Source: Dictyostelium discoideum
Taxonomy: Eukaryota
Assembly (NCBI GenBank): GCA_000004695.1
Contig: CM000154.2
Coordinates: 1,536,001-1,600,000 of the forward strand
Length of the DNA stretch: 64,000 nt
Direction of reading: 5' to 3'
Part shown: positions 1-11,500 of the stretch, piece after piece
How positions within the stretch are numbered: position 1 is the first letter of the stretch
Layout: the number at the start of each line of letters is the position of its first letter
Translations under genes and position numbers: made by a program
The notes under the pieces: generated by a model
Databases searched by the model: none
Told to the model about the DNA's origin: nothing
What the model saw: the letters and a program-made list of their open reading frames with translations, nothing else

Positions 1-3000
1 AAGTATTGTTATTGGGTCATCAGCTCCAATTCAACCAACTAATGCAGGTTTTTACAGTGAATTGAGTGGTGGTGAATATACAATTACAACCATCGATAAT
101 GAATGTGGAGAAAGAAGTATTTCAGTGGAACTGAATCAAGTAGCACCATCATATCATGTAGAATTTGTTGATTTCTCTTGTCCAACTTCACCAAAGATGC
201 AATTAGTAATCAATACCACTCAAAGCTATCAAATTTTTAAAGGAGATGAACCTATATCGAACCCATTTACAGCAGATTATTACGATTCATTTTCAGTAGA
301 ATTGGAATGTGGAGTTAGTTTTGACCTTATTATAAATTTTCCAGATTCATTTCCCCTACTTCAATACACCTATGAAGAAAGTGATTATTGTCAACCATAT
401 ACCATTAATATAATTGGATACAACTCAACACTTTTTCCATCACTTTCAGTTAGTCAAGAAGATTCAACTATCGGATTAGATGCCAATAATTCATTTGAAG
501 CAACAACTGGTAAAATTTATATCTTGCAAGATAATTGTTATAGTTCAGTATTGAAATTTGGTAGAACCTATCCAAAACCAATATATAAATATCTTAATAA
601 CTCTGATTTTTGTGTTGATACTGTTGATATTCAAATTTATAACGCTCAAGATTTCTATTACATTTCATTGGCTCCATTCCAAGGTGAAGGATCAATAAGT
701 TCAAAAAGATATTCAATAAAAGATGGTATTTTTAGAAATGTTACAAATCAAAGACTATACTTGGAGTACAGTTATAGAGGTTGCTCAGATATCTATGGTT
801 TTGAAATTGGTAATAGTAATAGAATGGATAATGATAATTTAGATGTTGAATACAACATTACAAGATATCCAACATGTTATTATCTCTTTGGTGAAGCAGA
901 TGTTAAATTCTATAAAAAGAATACCACTGAATTGGTAGCTTCATTTACTCAAAGTTTTTTCTATTATGGTGAAGGTGCTACTTTTGGTTTCTACAGAGAT
1001 TTCGAATATAATTGTGATGGTTCAGTAAATGGTCTCAATCTTGGTGATTTTAAATTGGAACAAGCTCATGTTAATGTTACAACAGAAACTCAACCAATAT
1101 GTAAATATTCTCAAAATGAAACTACTATACGTATCGATTCAAATACTGAAATTGCAACTTTTAAAATCAATGGTGCCAATGTTTACCCATACAATACCAA
1201 TGGCAATACTTATTATTTTGAATGTAACTCTGGTAATATCACCATTGAACTAACATTCTCAAGACAAACAGAATGCAAACAAATGACAATTTATCATTTG
1301 GTTGAACCAAAACAAGATTTCCACCTTTCATATCAAACAAACAGCGTTACAGATTGTACAATAATGGATGGTTCTATGTTTATTGATGGTTGGGATAATT
1401 TCACCTCTTTACTCATTGATGGATCTCCATATGTCCCAGGTCCAGATTTTTGGCTTGTTGATTTACAGAGTAAAGCTTATTTAATTAATTTTGTAAAAAC
1501 CTTTAGTGATGGATCAACATGTACTGGCTTTGAATATATTTTCGTACCAAGTTTACCTGCTGATATATCCTATACAATCATTAATCAACCACTATGTAGT
1601 AATGATCAAACTGGTACAGTTTCATTTGAATATGCTTCCAACTTCCCAAATCAACCAAATAGAATGCCAATTCAATATGTTTCTCGAGGTGGAATTCAAA
1701 TCAAAGGTACAATTGCAGAAAATTATTACCCTGGAACTTATTTATTCAATGTTTCATATGGTACTTGCTCTTGGGGTGTACCGGTTACATTTAATGAAAT
1801 ACCAATCGATATAACCTATAAACAAGTTTGGAATTATCTTGATGAATCTTGTCAAATTCAAGTTGGTTATCAATTCAGTGCAAATAATTCAATAGCATCA
1901 GGAAATATAGCCCCATATTCCGATGGTTTTACTTCTGTTGGTGGATTATTGTTTGGACAAGTAACAAATTCTTATTTTAATGTCGAAGTTTATTATGCCC
2001 CCTATCAAGCTTGTAAAAAGACATTTGAAATTTCATCTTATGATTCTTATGACCTTTTATATCCACAAGTTTATTATAGCATCGTTAGGAAACCAGATTG
2101 TATGTCATCTGATCATACATATGATATTAAAATTACAAATCCATCAAAATGGGCAAGTGTATCAGTTGGTGGTATGTCAATGGATTCAAATGGTATTATT
2201 AAAAATGTTGTACCCTATATGAAAATGGAAGGAACAACTCTTGGTACCAATTGTAAATATTCTAGTTTATATCGTGATGAAGAGTACAATGAAATTGCGA
2301 TTGAAAGTATTATTACCGATGAGACTTGTCATGGTAGTAAAAATGGTCAAATTCAATTCCCAGATGATCAATATGATTATTATGCATTCAGTATGGTTGA
2401 TGATGAAAGAGTTTTGCTACCATTGGCAAACCCACAAGATAAATATACATTTAAACAAATAACAAGTGAAAGCGTTGACATTGGTAGAGTGGGTAAAAAT
2501 ATATTAAAATCAACTTGTATGCCATTTGCCAATGCAACAATTCAAGGTAGTGAACCAACATTAATTGAAAATATTAATGATCAATGTACAGCAGATGGTT
2601 TAGGTTCAATCAATTATGAAACTTCAATTCTAGGTTTAAATCTCTTAGGTTACATTTATTTAAATGATTCTAGTGAACAACAATTTAATGGTACATTAAA
2701 TGGTATAATACCAGGTTCATATAGAGTTGCAAATTTAAGAGTTACAAATGATTATTGCAAAAGAAGTTTCAATTTATTAGAAGTAAACGTGGGTTCCTCA
2801 ATATTCTCTATTAATATTAATTCATCAATTTGTGAATCAGTTATTATTACACCATTATCTATTTCTTCAAGTTATCCAAATGCTACCTATCAATATAATA
2901 TTACATCACCCACAAATAATTTGCAGCAATACATTCAACCCGATTTATTAAAATTAGATTCATTTGAAGAATTTGGTTTATATACAGTTGCAGTTTCAGA

Positions 3001-3274
3001 TAGTCATTGTATTCAAACTCAAGTTTTCAATATTACCAAATGCCTAAAACTAATTGATGGTAGTAGTGATGATGATGGTGGTGTTAACCTAGGTTTAGCA
3101 ATTGGTTTACCAATTGGTTTAGTAGGTTTAGGTGCAATTATTGCTGCTAGTATTTTCCTTTATAGGAAACGTCAAAGTCCAATTAAAGCAAACCAATTAC
3201 CAGCACTTTCACATGAAATGGAAACAGTTTCAACTTTCCAAGGTGGTCGTGTTGTTGAAATAGATAAATTTTAA
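1..3274 (+). CDS. 5'-truncated type I transmembrane, Cys-rich, heavily N-glycosylatable surface protein. The reading frame is open from base 2; the track 'M' at 62 is a TTG.
   Basis: Continuous ORF from the window edge to the stop at 3274. Many NxS/T sequons and regularly spaced Cys. C-terminal glycine-zipper TM helix (GLAIGLPIGLVGLGAIIAASIFLY) is followed by a basic stop-transfer (RKRQ) and a ~35-aa cytosolic tail. No family assignment possible by eye. Confidence 0.6.
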   Translation, partial: SIVIGSSAPIQPTNAGFYSELSGGEYTITTIDNECGERSISVELNQVAPSYHVEFVDFSCPTSPKMQLVINTTQSYQIFKGDEPISNPFTADYYDSFSVELECGVSFDLIINFPDSFPLLQYTYEESDYCQPYTINIIGYNSTLFPSLSVSQEDSTIGLDANNSFEATTGKIYILQDNCYSSVLKFGRTYPKPIYKYLNNSDFCVDTVDIQIYNAQDFYYISLAPFQGEGSISSKRYSIKDGIFRNVTNQRLYLEYSYRGCSDIYGFEIGNSNRMDNDNLDVEYNITRYPTCYYLFGEADVKFYKKNTTELVASFTQSFFYYGEGATFGFYRDFEYNCDGSVNGLNLGDFKLEQAHVNVTTETQPICKYSQNETTIRIDSNTEIATFKINGANVYPYNTNGNTYYFECNSGNITIELTFSRQTECKQMTIYHLVEPKQDFHLSYQTNSVTDCTIMDGSMFIDGWDNFTSLLIDGSPYVPGPDFWLVDLQSKAYLINFVKTFSDGSTCTGFEYIFVPSLPADISYTIINQPLCSNDQTGTVSFEYASNFPNQPNRMPIQYVSRGGIQIKGTIAENYYPGTYLFNVSYGTCSWGVPVTFNEIPIDITYKQVWNYLDESCQIQVGYQFSANNSIASGNIAPYSDGFTSVGGLLFGQVTNSYFNVEVYYAPYQACKKTFEISSYDSYDLLYPQVYYSIVRKPDCMSSDHTYDIKITNPSKWASVSVGGMSMDSNGIIKNVVPYMKMEGTTLGTNCKYSSLYRDEEYNEIAIESIITDETCHGSKNGQIQFPDDQYDYYAFSMVDDERVLLPLANPQDKYTFKQITSESVDIGRVGKNILKSTCMPFANATIQGSEPTLIENINDQCTADGLGSINYETSILGLNLLGYIYLNDSSEQQFNGTLNGIIPGSYRVANLRVTNDYCKRSFNLLEVNVGSSIFSININSSICESVIITPLSISSSYPNATYQYNITSPTNNLQQYIQPDLLKLDSFEEFGLYTVAVSDSHCIQTQVFNITKCLKLIDGSSDDDGGVNLGLAIGLPIGLVGLGAIIAASIFLYRKRQSPIKANQLPALSHEMETVSTFQGGRVVEIDKF

Positions 3275-3442
3275 AAGATTTAAAGATTTTTGTAATAAAA
3301 TAATAAATAAATAAATTAAATAAATAATATAAATTAAAATAATTAAATCTTTTTCTTTTTTTCTTTTTCTTTTTTTATTGTGTACATTAAATATTATTTC
3401 GTAGAGTTATTTTTATTATAATATTATTTATTTCCAGTTTAT

Positions 3443-3552
3443 TTAAGGACAATGCTTTGGATCATTATAAATTTTACAACCAGAATCTAAATTTAATTTT
3501 ATAATAAAAAAAATTTTGTTAGTAATGGTGTTTTTGTTATTTTTTTTTATTG

Positions 3553-3584
<32 letters not shown>

Positions 3585-4566
3585 TTATACATACCAGTTG
3601 CAATTAAAACAACTATTAATATAATTAAAATTACAATGCAAACAATCATACAAGTACTACCAGCATTTTGTTTTATTGTTTCCATTCTACGATTTGCATT
3701 TCTTAATCTCATTGAAACGGCATCAGTTCCAATTTCAACATCATCCAACATTTCATTATGTTGATCCAATTCATTACTCATTGCATGGGCCATATTCTTT
3801 TGTCTCATAATAGATTGTGATAATAAATCTAATGATTCATCTTGTTCTCTCATAATATGTTGTTGATTTGTAAATAATTGTTGATTATCAAATTGTTTAG
3901 TTGCCTCTGTTTCTTTTGGTTTACCAAATTGTCTATTACTATATCCAATACCTACACCATTATTATTACCCATTAATTCATTCCTTTTTTTTTTTTATTT
4001 TATTATTATTTTATTATTAATAATAGAATATTAATATATAAAATATTAAAATATTATATAAATAATAATAATTAATAATAATAATAATAATACAAACTTT
4101 TGTGATGTATTATTTATTGCAGCATCTAATGTTGAATTTAATTGATTTTTCATTGATATTAAACTTTCGACTTTATTCTTTCTTCTTAGTAATTCTTTTT
4201 CCTGTCTATTTGATTTTTGATTTATAAATAAATAAATTAATATTAAAAAAAAAAAAAAAAAAAAAAAGATAAAAGTGATCTAATCTTGAGAATGATGTAG
4301 GTAATAGATATCTATTATGAAATGAATATGAATGAATGAATGAAAATAACCTACATATTTCTATTATTACCATATGTTAAACTATCTTGTAATCTTAAAA
4401 TTTCATTTGTAATATGAACTAAACCATTTCTAAGTTTAGCTGGTGTATTCTTTTGAACGATACCAGGATTATTTCTTTGTTGAATTGAATATTCTTTTAT
4501 ATCTGCTGTTAATGAATTTATAAGTTTTACAATATTATCATGTTCATTTAACCAATAGTCACCCAT
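3443..4566 (-). CDS. Syntaxin-8-like Qc-SNARE, spliced. Proposed model: complement(join(3443..3983, 4098..4205, 4355..4566)). The 3' end is unresolved: the ORF reads past the TM anchor into a poly(A) run, and a GTATGT donor sits right after the TM at ~3594.
   Basis: N-terminal exon MGDYWLNEHDNIVKLINSLTADIKEYSIQQRN recalls the syntaxin-8 N-terminus (DPW...IQQRN). The SNARE core SQSIMRQKNMAHAMSNELDQHNEMLDDVEIGTDAVSMRLRNANRRMETIKQ with the central Gln recalls the Stx8 core (SRQKQMGQEIGNELDEQNEIIDDL...KLRNEARRVNMV). It is followed by the TM anchor CMIVCIVILIILIVVLIATGMY. A middle exon (KELLRRKNKVESLISMKNQLNSTLDAAINNTSQK) sits between AG and GT sites in a consistent phase. Some donors are non-consensus (GTAGGT, GTTTGT), so boundaries are approximate. 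Confidence 0.55.
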
Positions 4567-4990
4567 TTTCTTTATTTATTTATTAATTTATTTTATTTTA
4601 TTTTATTTATTATTTATCTCTATATAAATAAAAATTATTTTGTTGAATTGGATATATTATATATTATGATTTTTATATGTATTAAAAAATTTTATAAGTG
4701 TGAGTTTTTTTTTTTTTTTTTTTTTTTTATAAAGTAAAAAGAAAAAATTGTAAGAGATATTTTTTTTGTCTGGGTGTGATCGTTGATATAAATAAATAAT
4801 AAAAAAAAAAGAGTGAGATAAGAATAAAAAAAAAAATTAAAATTTTTTAAAATAATTATTTTTTTTTTTTTTTTTTTTTTTATTTTTTTCTCCCAAAAAT
4901 TCATTTTTTTATTTTTTTTTTTATTTTTATTTTATTATTTTTCATTCCTAAAAAAAAAACATTTAATTAATAAAAAAACAAAAAAAAAAA

Positions 4991-5369
4991 ATGGAAAATT
5001 TAAAATTATTAAAAACCTATAAAATAGATAGAAAGAAAATAAATGATAGGTCATTTGGTATTGATAATAAAAAGGTAATTGAAGAATTAATTGAAGTTAC
5101 ATCAACGGAAAATGGATTTATACCAGAAGTAATGCAATTCTTAAGTAAACAAAATAAAATACCAATTAAATATTTAGAGAATAGAATGGTTTGTGAAACT
5201 GCTCATGCAATGAATGCTCAAGAAAAATATGATGATGCAACAAGATATTTTTTAAAAGCAGCTTCTCAAGGTTCTGCTGAAGGTAAATATTTTTTTTTTT
5301 TTTTTTTTTTTTTTATACTTTCATAACCCCTCCCCCACCTCAAAAATTCTAAAAATAATTATTAATTTT

Positions 5370-5404
<35 letters not shown>

Positions 5405-5919
5405 TAGGTTGTTTCTTTTTAGCATCAATGAAATATTTAGGACAAGGTTGTGATGTTAATTTACCAATGGCACGTAAATTATTTGAAAGAGGTGCAAATA
5501 TGGAACCATATATTGAATGTGAAGATGAATTTTTATTAGAGAATAAAAATGTATTAGATTGTTGTAAATGCTTAAGTGGATTTGCACAAGAGGGTGTTGG
5601 TGGTGAAATTGAATTAGAGACTGCTTTTAAATATTATTCAAAAGTTTTAAAAACTAAAGAGAATGATTTAGATGCAATTCATAATATTGGTATATTACAA
5701 TGTGATCTCAAAAAAGATTTACAAGAAGGTTTAAAATTATTTAAAAGGGGTATGCAATTAGGTAGTGTAGAATGTACCTTTAGTTATGGTGCTTATACTT
5801 TTGATTCAAATCCAACCGATGCTTTCAAATATATTCAACGTGCTGCAAATGATGGTAACGAAGAAGCAATTTTTAAATTAGATGAATATAAATCTAAATT
5901 AAATTTATTAAAAAAATAA
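4991..5919 (+). CDS. Sel1-like repeat (SLR, TPR-like) protein, 2 exons join(4991..5282,5408..5919)
   Basis: Exon 1 ends ...SAEG with a G|GTAAAT donor at 5283. The intron is 125 bp and AT-rich. Acceptor TTTATAG at 5407. Exon 2 continues in phase 1 (G+GT=Gly) through CFFLASMKYLGQGCDVNLPMARKLFERGANM..., with SLR-like A..Y..AA.QG...G...LG..Y..G.GV motifs. Stop at 5919. Confidence 0.7.
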
Positions 5920-6058
5920 AATAAATAAAATAAAATTAAAATAAAATTAAAAAAAATCCAAATTTAGTAAATCCAACGAAAATTTAAATATCTTAAAAAA
6001 TAAAAAATTAAAAAAAAAAATTGAAATTTAATAATAATAACGAAAAAATAAATATCTG

Positions 6059-6091
<33 letters not shown>

Positions 6092-6152
6092 ATGACATTA
6101 AAAAATAAAAAATAATAAAAAAAAATTAAAAAAACGAACATTTCTCGAGAAA

Positions 6153-6176
6153 TTTACTGCCAAACATCGAAAGAAT
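6153..6176. promoter_or_regulatory. Perfect 16-bp palindrome AAATTTCTCGAGAAATTT, about 170 bp upstream of the second Sel1-like gene
   Basis: The palindrome is seen directly in the sequence, and the TTCTCGAGAA core is heat-shock-element-like. Its function is inferred only. Confidence 0.25.
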
Positions 6177-6339
6177 TTTCTTTTTTTATTTCATATTTTC
6201 ATTTTTTTTTTTTTTTTGCATTTCTTTTTTCTTTTTTCATTTTTTTTAAAATATTTTTCTATTTTCTATTTTATTAATTCTAATACAATATTTTATATAT
6301 ATATATAAATAAATTTAAAAGAAAAAAAAAAAAAAAAAA

Positions 6340-7229
6340 ATGGATGTAATTAATTTATTAAAAGAATATCCAGTTTCAGTTAATTCAATAAATTTTGGAA
6401 TTAGAGATGCAGCAGTTGAAAAAGAATTATTTGAGGCAGTATGGATTCAAAGAAAAGAGCCAACCTATAATTATGAAGCAGTATTTGTTTTGAGTGAAAT
6501 GTGGAAAGTTCCAATCAATTATTTAGTTGGTCGTTTAAGATGTGAAGCAGCCCATAAATTATTATTGATAGAGAAGAATATGGAAGAGGCATTGTATTAT
6601 TATAAATTAGCAGCATCAGAGAACCAATCGGTTGAAGCATTATTTTCATTATCAAATTTGAAATTGAATATCATTCAAAATTTACAAGCATATGAAGAAT
6701 CTTTAGTACACCTTAAGCAAGCTGCAAACTATCCACATAAAATTAAATACGATGATCAAGTATCAATAACAAATAAATATATTATCGAATCTCAATTAAT
6801 GTATGCTAATTTATTATTCGAAGGTTTGTCTGGTAAAAAAGATTTAAATGAAGCAAAGAAATATTACGATTTGGCTTGTGAGGGAAGTTTAAAAAAGAGT
6901 GCACCATTCGCAAAGTATGCTATCATCCTTTGTAGAGGTGATGGTGGTGATATCATTCCAAAAGATACCGAAAAAGGTTTGACAATTTTTAGAGAGATCA
7001 TAGAAGATTCTGGTATTGAAAATACTCAACCAGGTATCCTTTATTTATATGGTACTTTTTTATTTGAAATTAATAAAAATGAAGGTATTCAATTCATTAG
7101 AGTCGCTGCTAAATTTGGTTATCCAACTGCAAAAGAAAATATACTCGAATTTGAAAAAAAATTAAATGATAATAATAACAACAATAATAATAATAATACC
7201 GAAAATGATAATAATAATAGTAATAGTAA

Positions 7230-7274
<45 letters not shown>

Positions 7275-7314
7275 GAAAAATAGTAAACAGACCAAAAAGA
7301 ATAATTTATGTTAA
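6340..7314 (+). CDS. Sel1-like repeat protein, tandem paralogue of the 4991..5919 gene, with an Asn-rich C-terminal tail
   Basis: Shares N-terminal architecture with the upstream gene (KVPINYLVGRLRCEAAHKLL vs KIPIKYLENRMVCETAHAM) and carries repeated SLR-like motifs (YYYKLAASENQ..., KYYDLACEGS...). The C-terminal polyN is encoded by AAT repeats. Confidence 0.7.
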
Positions 7315-7577
7315 ATAAATATATTTTCAAATGTATTTTAATCAAATATTTATACTATACACTTCCTTTTTACTCTTTTTTTTTTTTTTTTCTTTATTAA
7401 TAATTAAAGTCCAAAACTTAAAAGATATTTCAATTCGTAATAAAATAAAAATAATAATTAATATTTATAATTTTAATAATAATAATAATAATAATCATAA
7501 TAATTTTAAGAATATTATAATAATTACAATAATTTTTTTTTTTTTTTTTTTTTTTTTTTTCACTAATTTTTTAATCT

Positions 7578-7600
7578 AGATCATCCACCCACTCCCACAC
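7578..7600 (+). promoter_or_regulatory. C/A-rich element (CATCCACCCACTCCCACACACG), about 270 bp upstream of the PKS start codon. Candidate G-box/CAE-type developmental promoter element.
   Basis: An isolated GC-rich island inside a >90% A+T promoter region. Similar CACCC-type islands occur at 26095..26180 and 39540..39566, upstream of other genes. Confidence 0.3.
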
Positions 7601-7866
7601 ACGAATTTTTAAAATGCTCAAAGATTTAATTAAAATTGTTTTTTTATTTTTATTTTTTGTAATTTTTTTTTTTAATCTGCCACGATTTTTGATCTTTTAT
7701 AAATAGAATCACATCATTTTTATCATTTGTAACTTTTTTTTATTTCTAAAACAGTTTTTTTTATAATATTTTTTTTTTTTTTTAACATTCAAATTAATTA
7801 TTAAAAAAAAAAAAAAAAAATATTTATTTTTTTTTATTATCTTATAAAACAAAGAAAACAAATAAA

Positions 7867-8505
7867 ATGGAAACAAATAATAATAAGAATATTCAAGAAG
7901 ATATTGCTATAATTGGTTTTAGAATCCCAGGATGTCAAGATAATACCCCATCAGAGTTGTGGAATAATTTAATGAATAAATTTAGTGGTGTTGGTAAAAC
8001 TACTGAAAGATGGAGTGACAATTATCATTTATCTGGTGATATTAATAATGGAAATTCCGGTTTATTACCATTGAAAGAGTGGAAGAAATTCGATCCTGCT
8101 TTTTTTGGTATTAATCCTACCATGGTTTCCACAATTGATCCACAACAACGTATTCTATTAAAGTGTACATGGGAAGCATTGGAAGATGCTGGAATTGATC
8201 CAATTAAATTACGTGGTTCAAATACTTCAATTTTCATTGGTTGTTCAACTGGTGATTATCTAGACATGGTTAAGAGTAACAATGAAATCCAGACAAATCT
8301 ATTTGGTTCAGTTAATCATTCATTATCTAATAGAATTTCTTATTGTTTTGATTTCCATGGTGCTTCAATGACTATTGATTCTGCATGTTCTTCTTCATTA
8401 AACACAGTTTTATTAGGCTGTCAATCAATTAATCAAGGGAAATCTAATTTATGTATAGCTGGTGGTGTAAATTTTATTTTAGGTAAATAAGAATAAAAAA
8501 AAAAA

Positions 8506-8553
<48 letters not shown>

Positions 8554-11500
8554 ATTAACAAATAATCTATTTTATTTTATTTTTTAATAATAAAAATAGA
8601 TACCACTATTCCAACTGCATTTTCATTTTTAAATATATTAAGTAAAAATGGAAAATGTATGACATATGATGAAGGTGCTGATGGATTTGTAAGAGGAGAG
8701 GGAGCAGGTTTGGTTGTTTTAAAGAGTTTAAAAGATGCAATTAAAGATGGAAATAATATTTATTGTATAATTAAAGGTGGAAATACAAATGTTGATGGTA
8801 ATGGAAATGCTGATAAAGCAAACTTCTTTCAACCATCCAAACAATCGCAGTCAGATAATATTAAATTAGCATTGGAATCTATTAAAAAGAAAAGTATGCT
8901 TGATATCGATATTGACTATGTTGAAACTCATGGTACAGGTACACCCACTGGTGATCCAATTGAAGTTGAAGGTATATCAAAGGTTTTTAAAGAAAATCAT
9001 TCACCTGAAAATCCATTATTAATAGGTTCCCTTAAATCAAATATTGGTCACATGGAAGCAGCATCCGGTGTTACTTCATTAATAAAATGTTGCCTAATGT
9101 TCAAAAATAAATCTTTTGCACCAAATGTAAATTTTCAAAAGATTAATCCAAAAATCAAATTAGATGAATGGAATATTAAAGTTGTAACTGAGGCAATTCC
9201 ATTTAAAAAAAATAAAATAACATCAATGGTTGTAAATAGTTTTGGTGTAACTGGTTCAAATTGTTGTTTAGTTTTAACAGAGTCTATTAATAATAATAAT
9301 AATAGTAATGTTGATAAAATAACAAAGAATGAAAAAGAATATTTAATCCCATTTTCAGCAAATTCTAATCAATCATTAAAGAATTATATAGAGGAAGTTT
9401 CTAAAATTGATGAATCTTTACAATTTGAAGATTTTGTTTATAAACAGTTATCAAATAAATCAACATCTTTATTTCAACGTTTTGTAGTGACATCAAAGGA
9501 TTGGAAAGAATTAAAATATAAATTGTCTCAACCTTTACCTTTAAAAGAGATTTCTTCTAGTATTTCAGTTAAAAAACCTAATCCAATTACTGTTTTTGTA
9601 TTTTGTGGTCAAGGTTCACAGTTTAATAAAATGGGGTTAGAATTATATAATAATGATAAGAATTTCAGAAATTATATCGATAGATTTGATAAGAAATTGT
9701 TGGAATACTATGGTTATTCAGTAATATCAAAGTTAAGATCAATTGATGATAACGATTTAATTACAATTCATGATCCAATAATTGCACAACCTGCAACAGC
9801 AATTTTACAAATTTCATTATTCGAACTTTATAAACATTGGGGTATTAATCCATCATTTATAGTTGGTCATAGTCTAGGTGAATTACCAATGGCCTTTTGT
9901 TCAGGTATGATAGATTTTGATACGGTTTGCTATTTACTTTATCATAGATCTTTAGCTCAATCAAAAACCAATGGATGTGGTAAAATGTTATCTTGTAATA
10001 TTAGTAGTGAAGAGTTTGTTAAAAACTATTCACCTCGTTATCCATTTTTAGAAATTGCTTGTTATAATTCGCCAAACTCAATTGTAGTGGCTGGTAAAGA
10101 ATCAATCCTATTAGAACTATCAAAAGAATTTAAAAATTCTGGTATATTTTGCGCAATGTTAGGTTCATTATCATCATTCCATACAAGTAGTCAATTAGAA
10201 GTAAAAGATCATATCTACTCTTTAAAATTTGAATCAAAGGAACCAGTAATACCAACATTTTCAACAGTAACAACTCATTTATTCAATTCAAATAAACTAT
10301 ATGATAATGATTATATTTTTCAAAACATTATGAAACCTGTATTATTTAATGAAACAATTTCAAATCTTTATAAACATGTAGAAAATAATCAACTTGGTAG
10401 TGAGATGATTTTCATTGAATTGGCACCTCATCAAACTTTATCATTTTATTTGAAACAATTAATACCAAAAGATTCAAATTATTTCAGTAATAGTAACTCA
10501 ATTACAATTTTATCCCCTCTTCATAAAAAGAAAAATGATTATTTAGAAATTCAACAAACAATTTCAACTTGTTATTGTAAAGGTTATGATGTTAATTTTA
10601 AATCACAGATCCTCATAGAATCTAAAACAAATATATCGAATAAATCTTTACCACTTTATCAATGGGATGATAAAGAGTTTTGGAAAGATTTAGAAAAACA
10701 AAAAAGAATATTACAAGGTCCACCGATGGATACATTGGGTTTTTCAAATGAAAAATCACCAATTTTAAAATCATTTGAAACCAAAATTGATATAAAGAAA
10801 AAACCATTCCAATATTTAAAAGGTCATATTGTAAAAGGTAAAATTTATTTCCCAGGTGTTGGTTACATAGAGAATTTATTGAAGATGTATCCTTCACAAG
10901 ATATTGATATAGATTCCATGGAATTTGAAGCACCTTTAATTTTAATTGAAGGTATCGTTACATGTTTACAATCAAACGTTTATAAAATAGGAAAGAATGA
11001 ATTCAAAGTACAATTTCATTTCCAAGATCAAAAAACAAAACAATGGATTCAATCTTCATTTGCCAATTATCATTTATCTCATAGAGATGACTTTGATCCA
11101 ACTACCAATAAATTAAACATTCAAAATTTAATTTCAAATAATTGTAATTTAACCAAATTATCAAAGAATCAATTTTATAATTTCATAAAGGCAAAAGCAG
11201 GTTTATCTTATAATGGAGAATTTCAAGGTGTTGAAAAATGTTATTTAGGTGATAATTGTTCATTGGTTGAAATTCCATTTGACACAAGTAATCAAGATGT
11301 TGAAACCAATATTAACATGATTCCAATTTTAGATTCATGTTTACATGGAGTTCATATTCTTTATGTTGAACAATGTCAAATGGTTTTAGAAAAGATTGAA
11401 GGATTAAAATACTATTCATCAACACTCATATTATCAAAACAAAAAGAACAACAGAAATTATATGTTTTCACAAGAATTGAAAATAAAGATTTAATAAACA

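Noticed and set aside
1029-2462. Internal 70-100-aa ORFs (1029..1253, 1506..1814, 1980..2222, 2241..2462). Also antisense ORFs inside genes, for example 8025..8237, 10622..10933, 21317..21595, 41119..41385, 47217..47705, 53927..54133 and 63545..63727.
   Set aside because: They lie in alternative frames or on the opposite strand of well-supported long coding regions. Their AT-rich codon composition gives Ile/Leu/Lys/Phe-dominated translations with no motifs.
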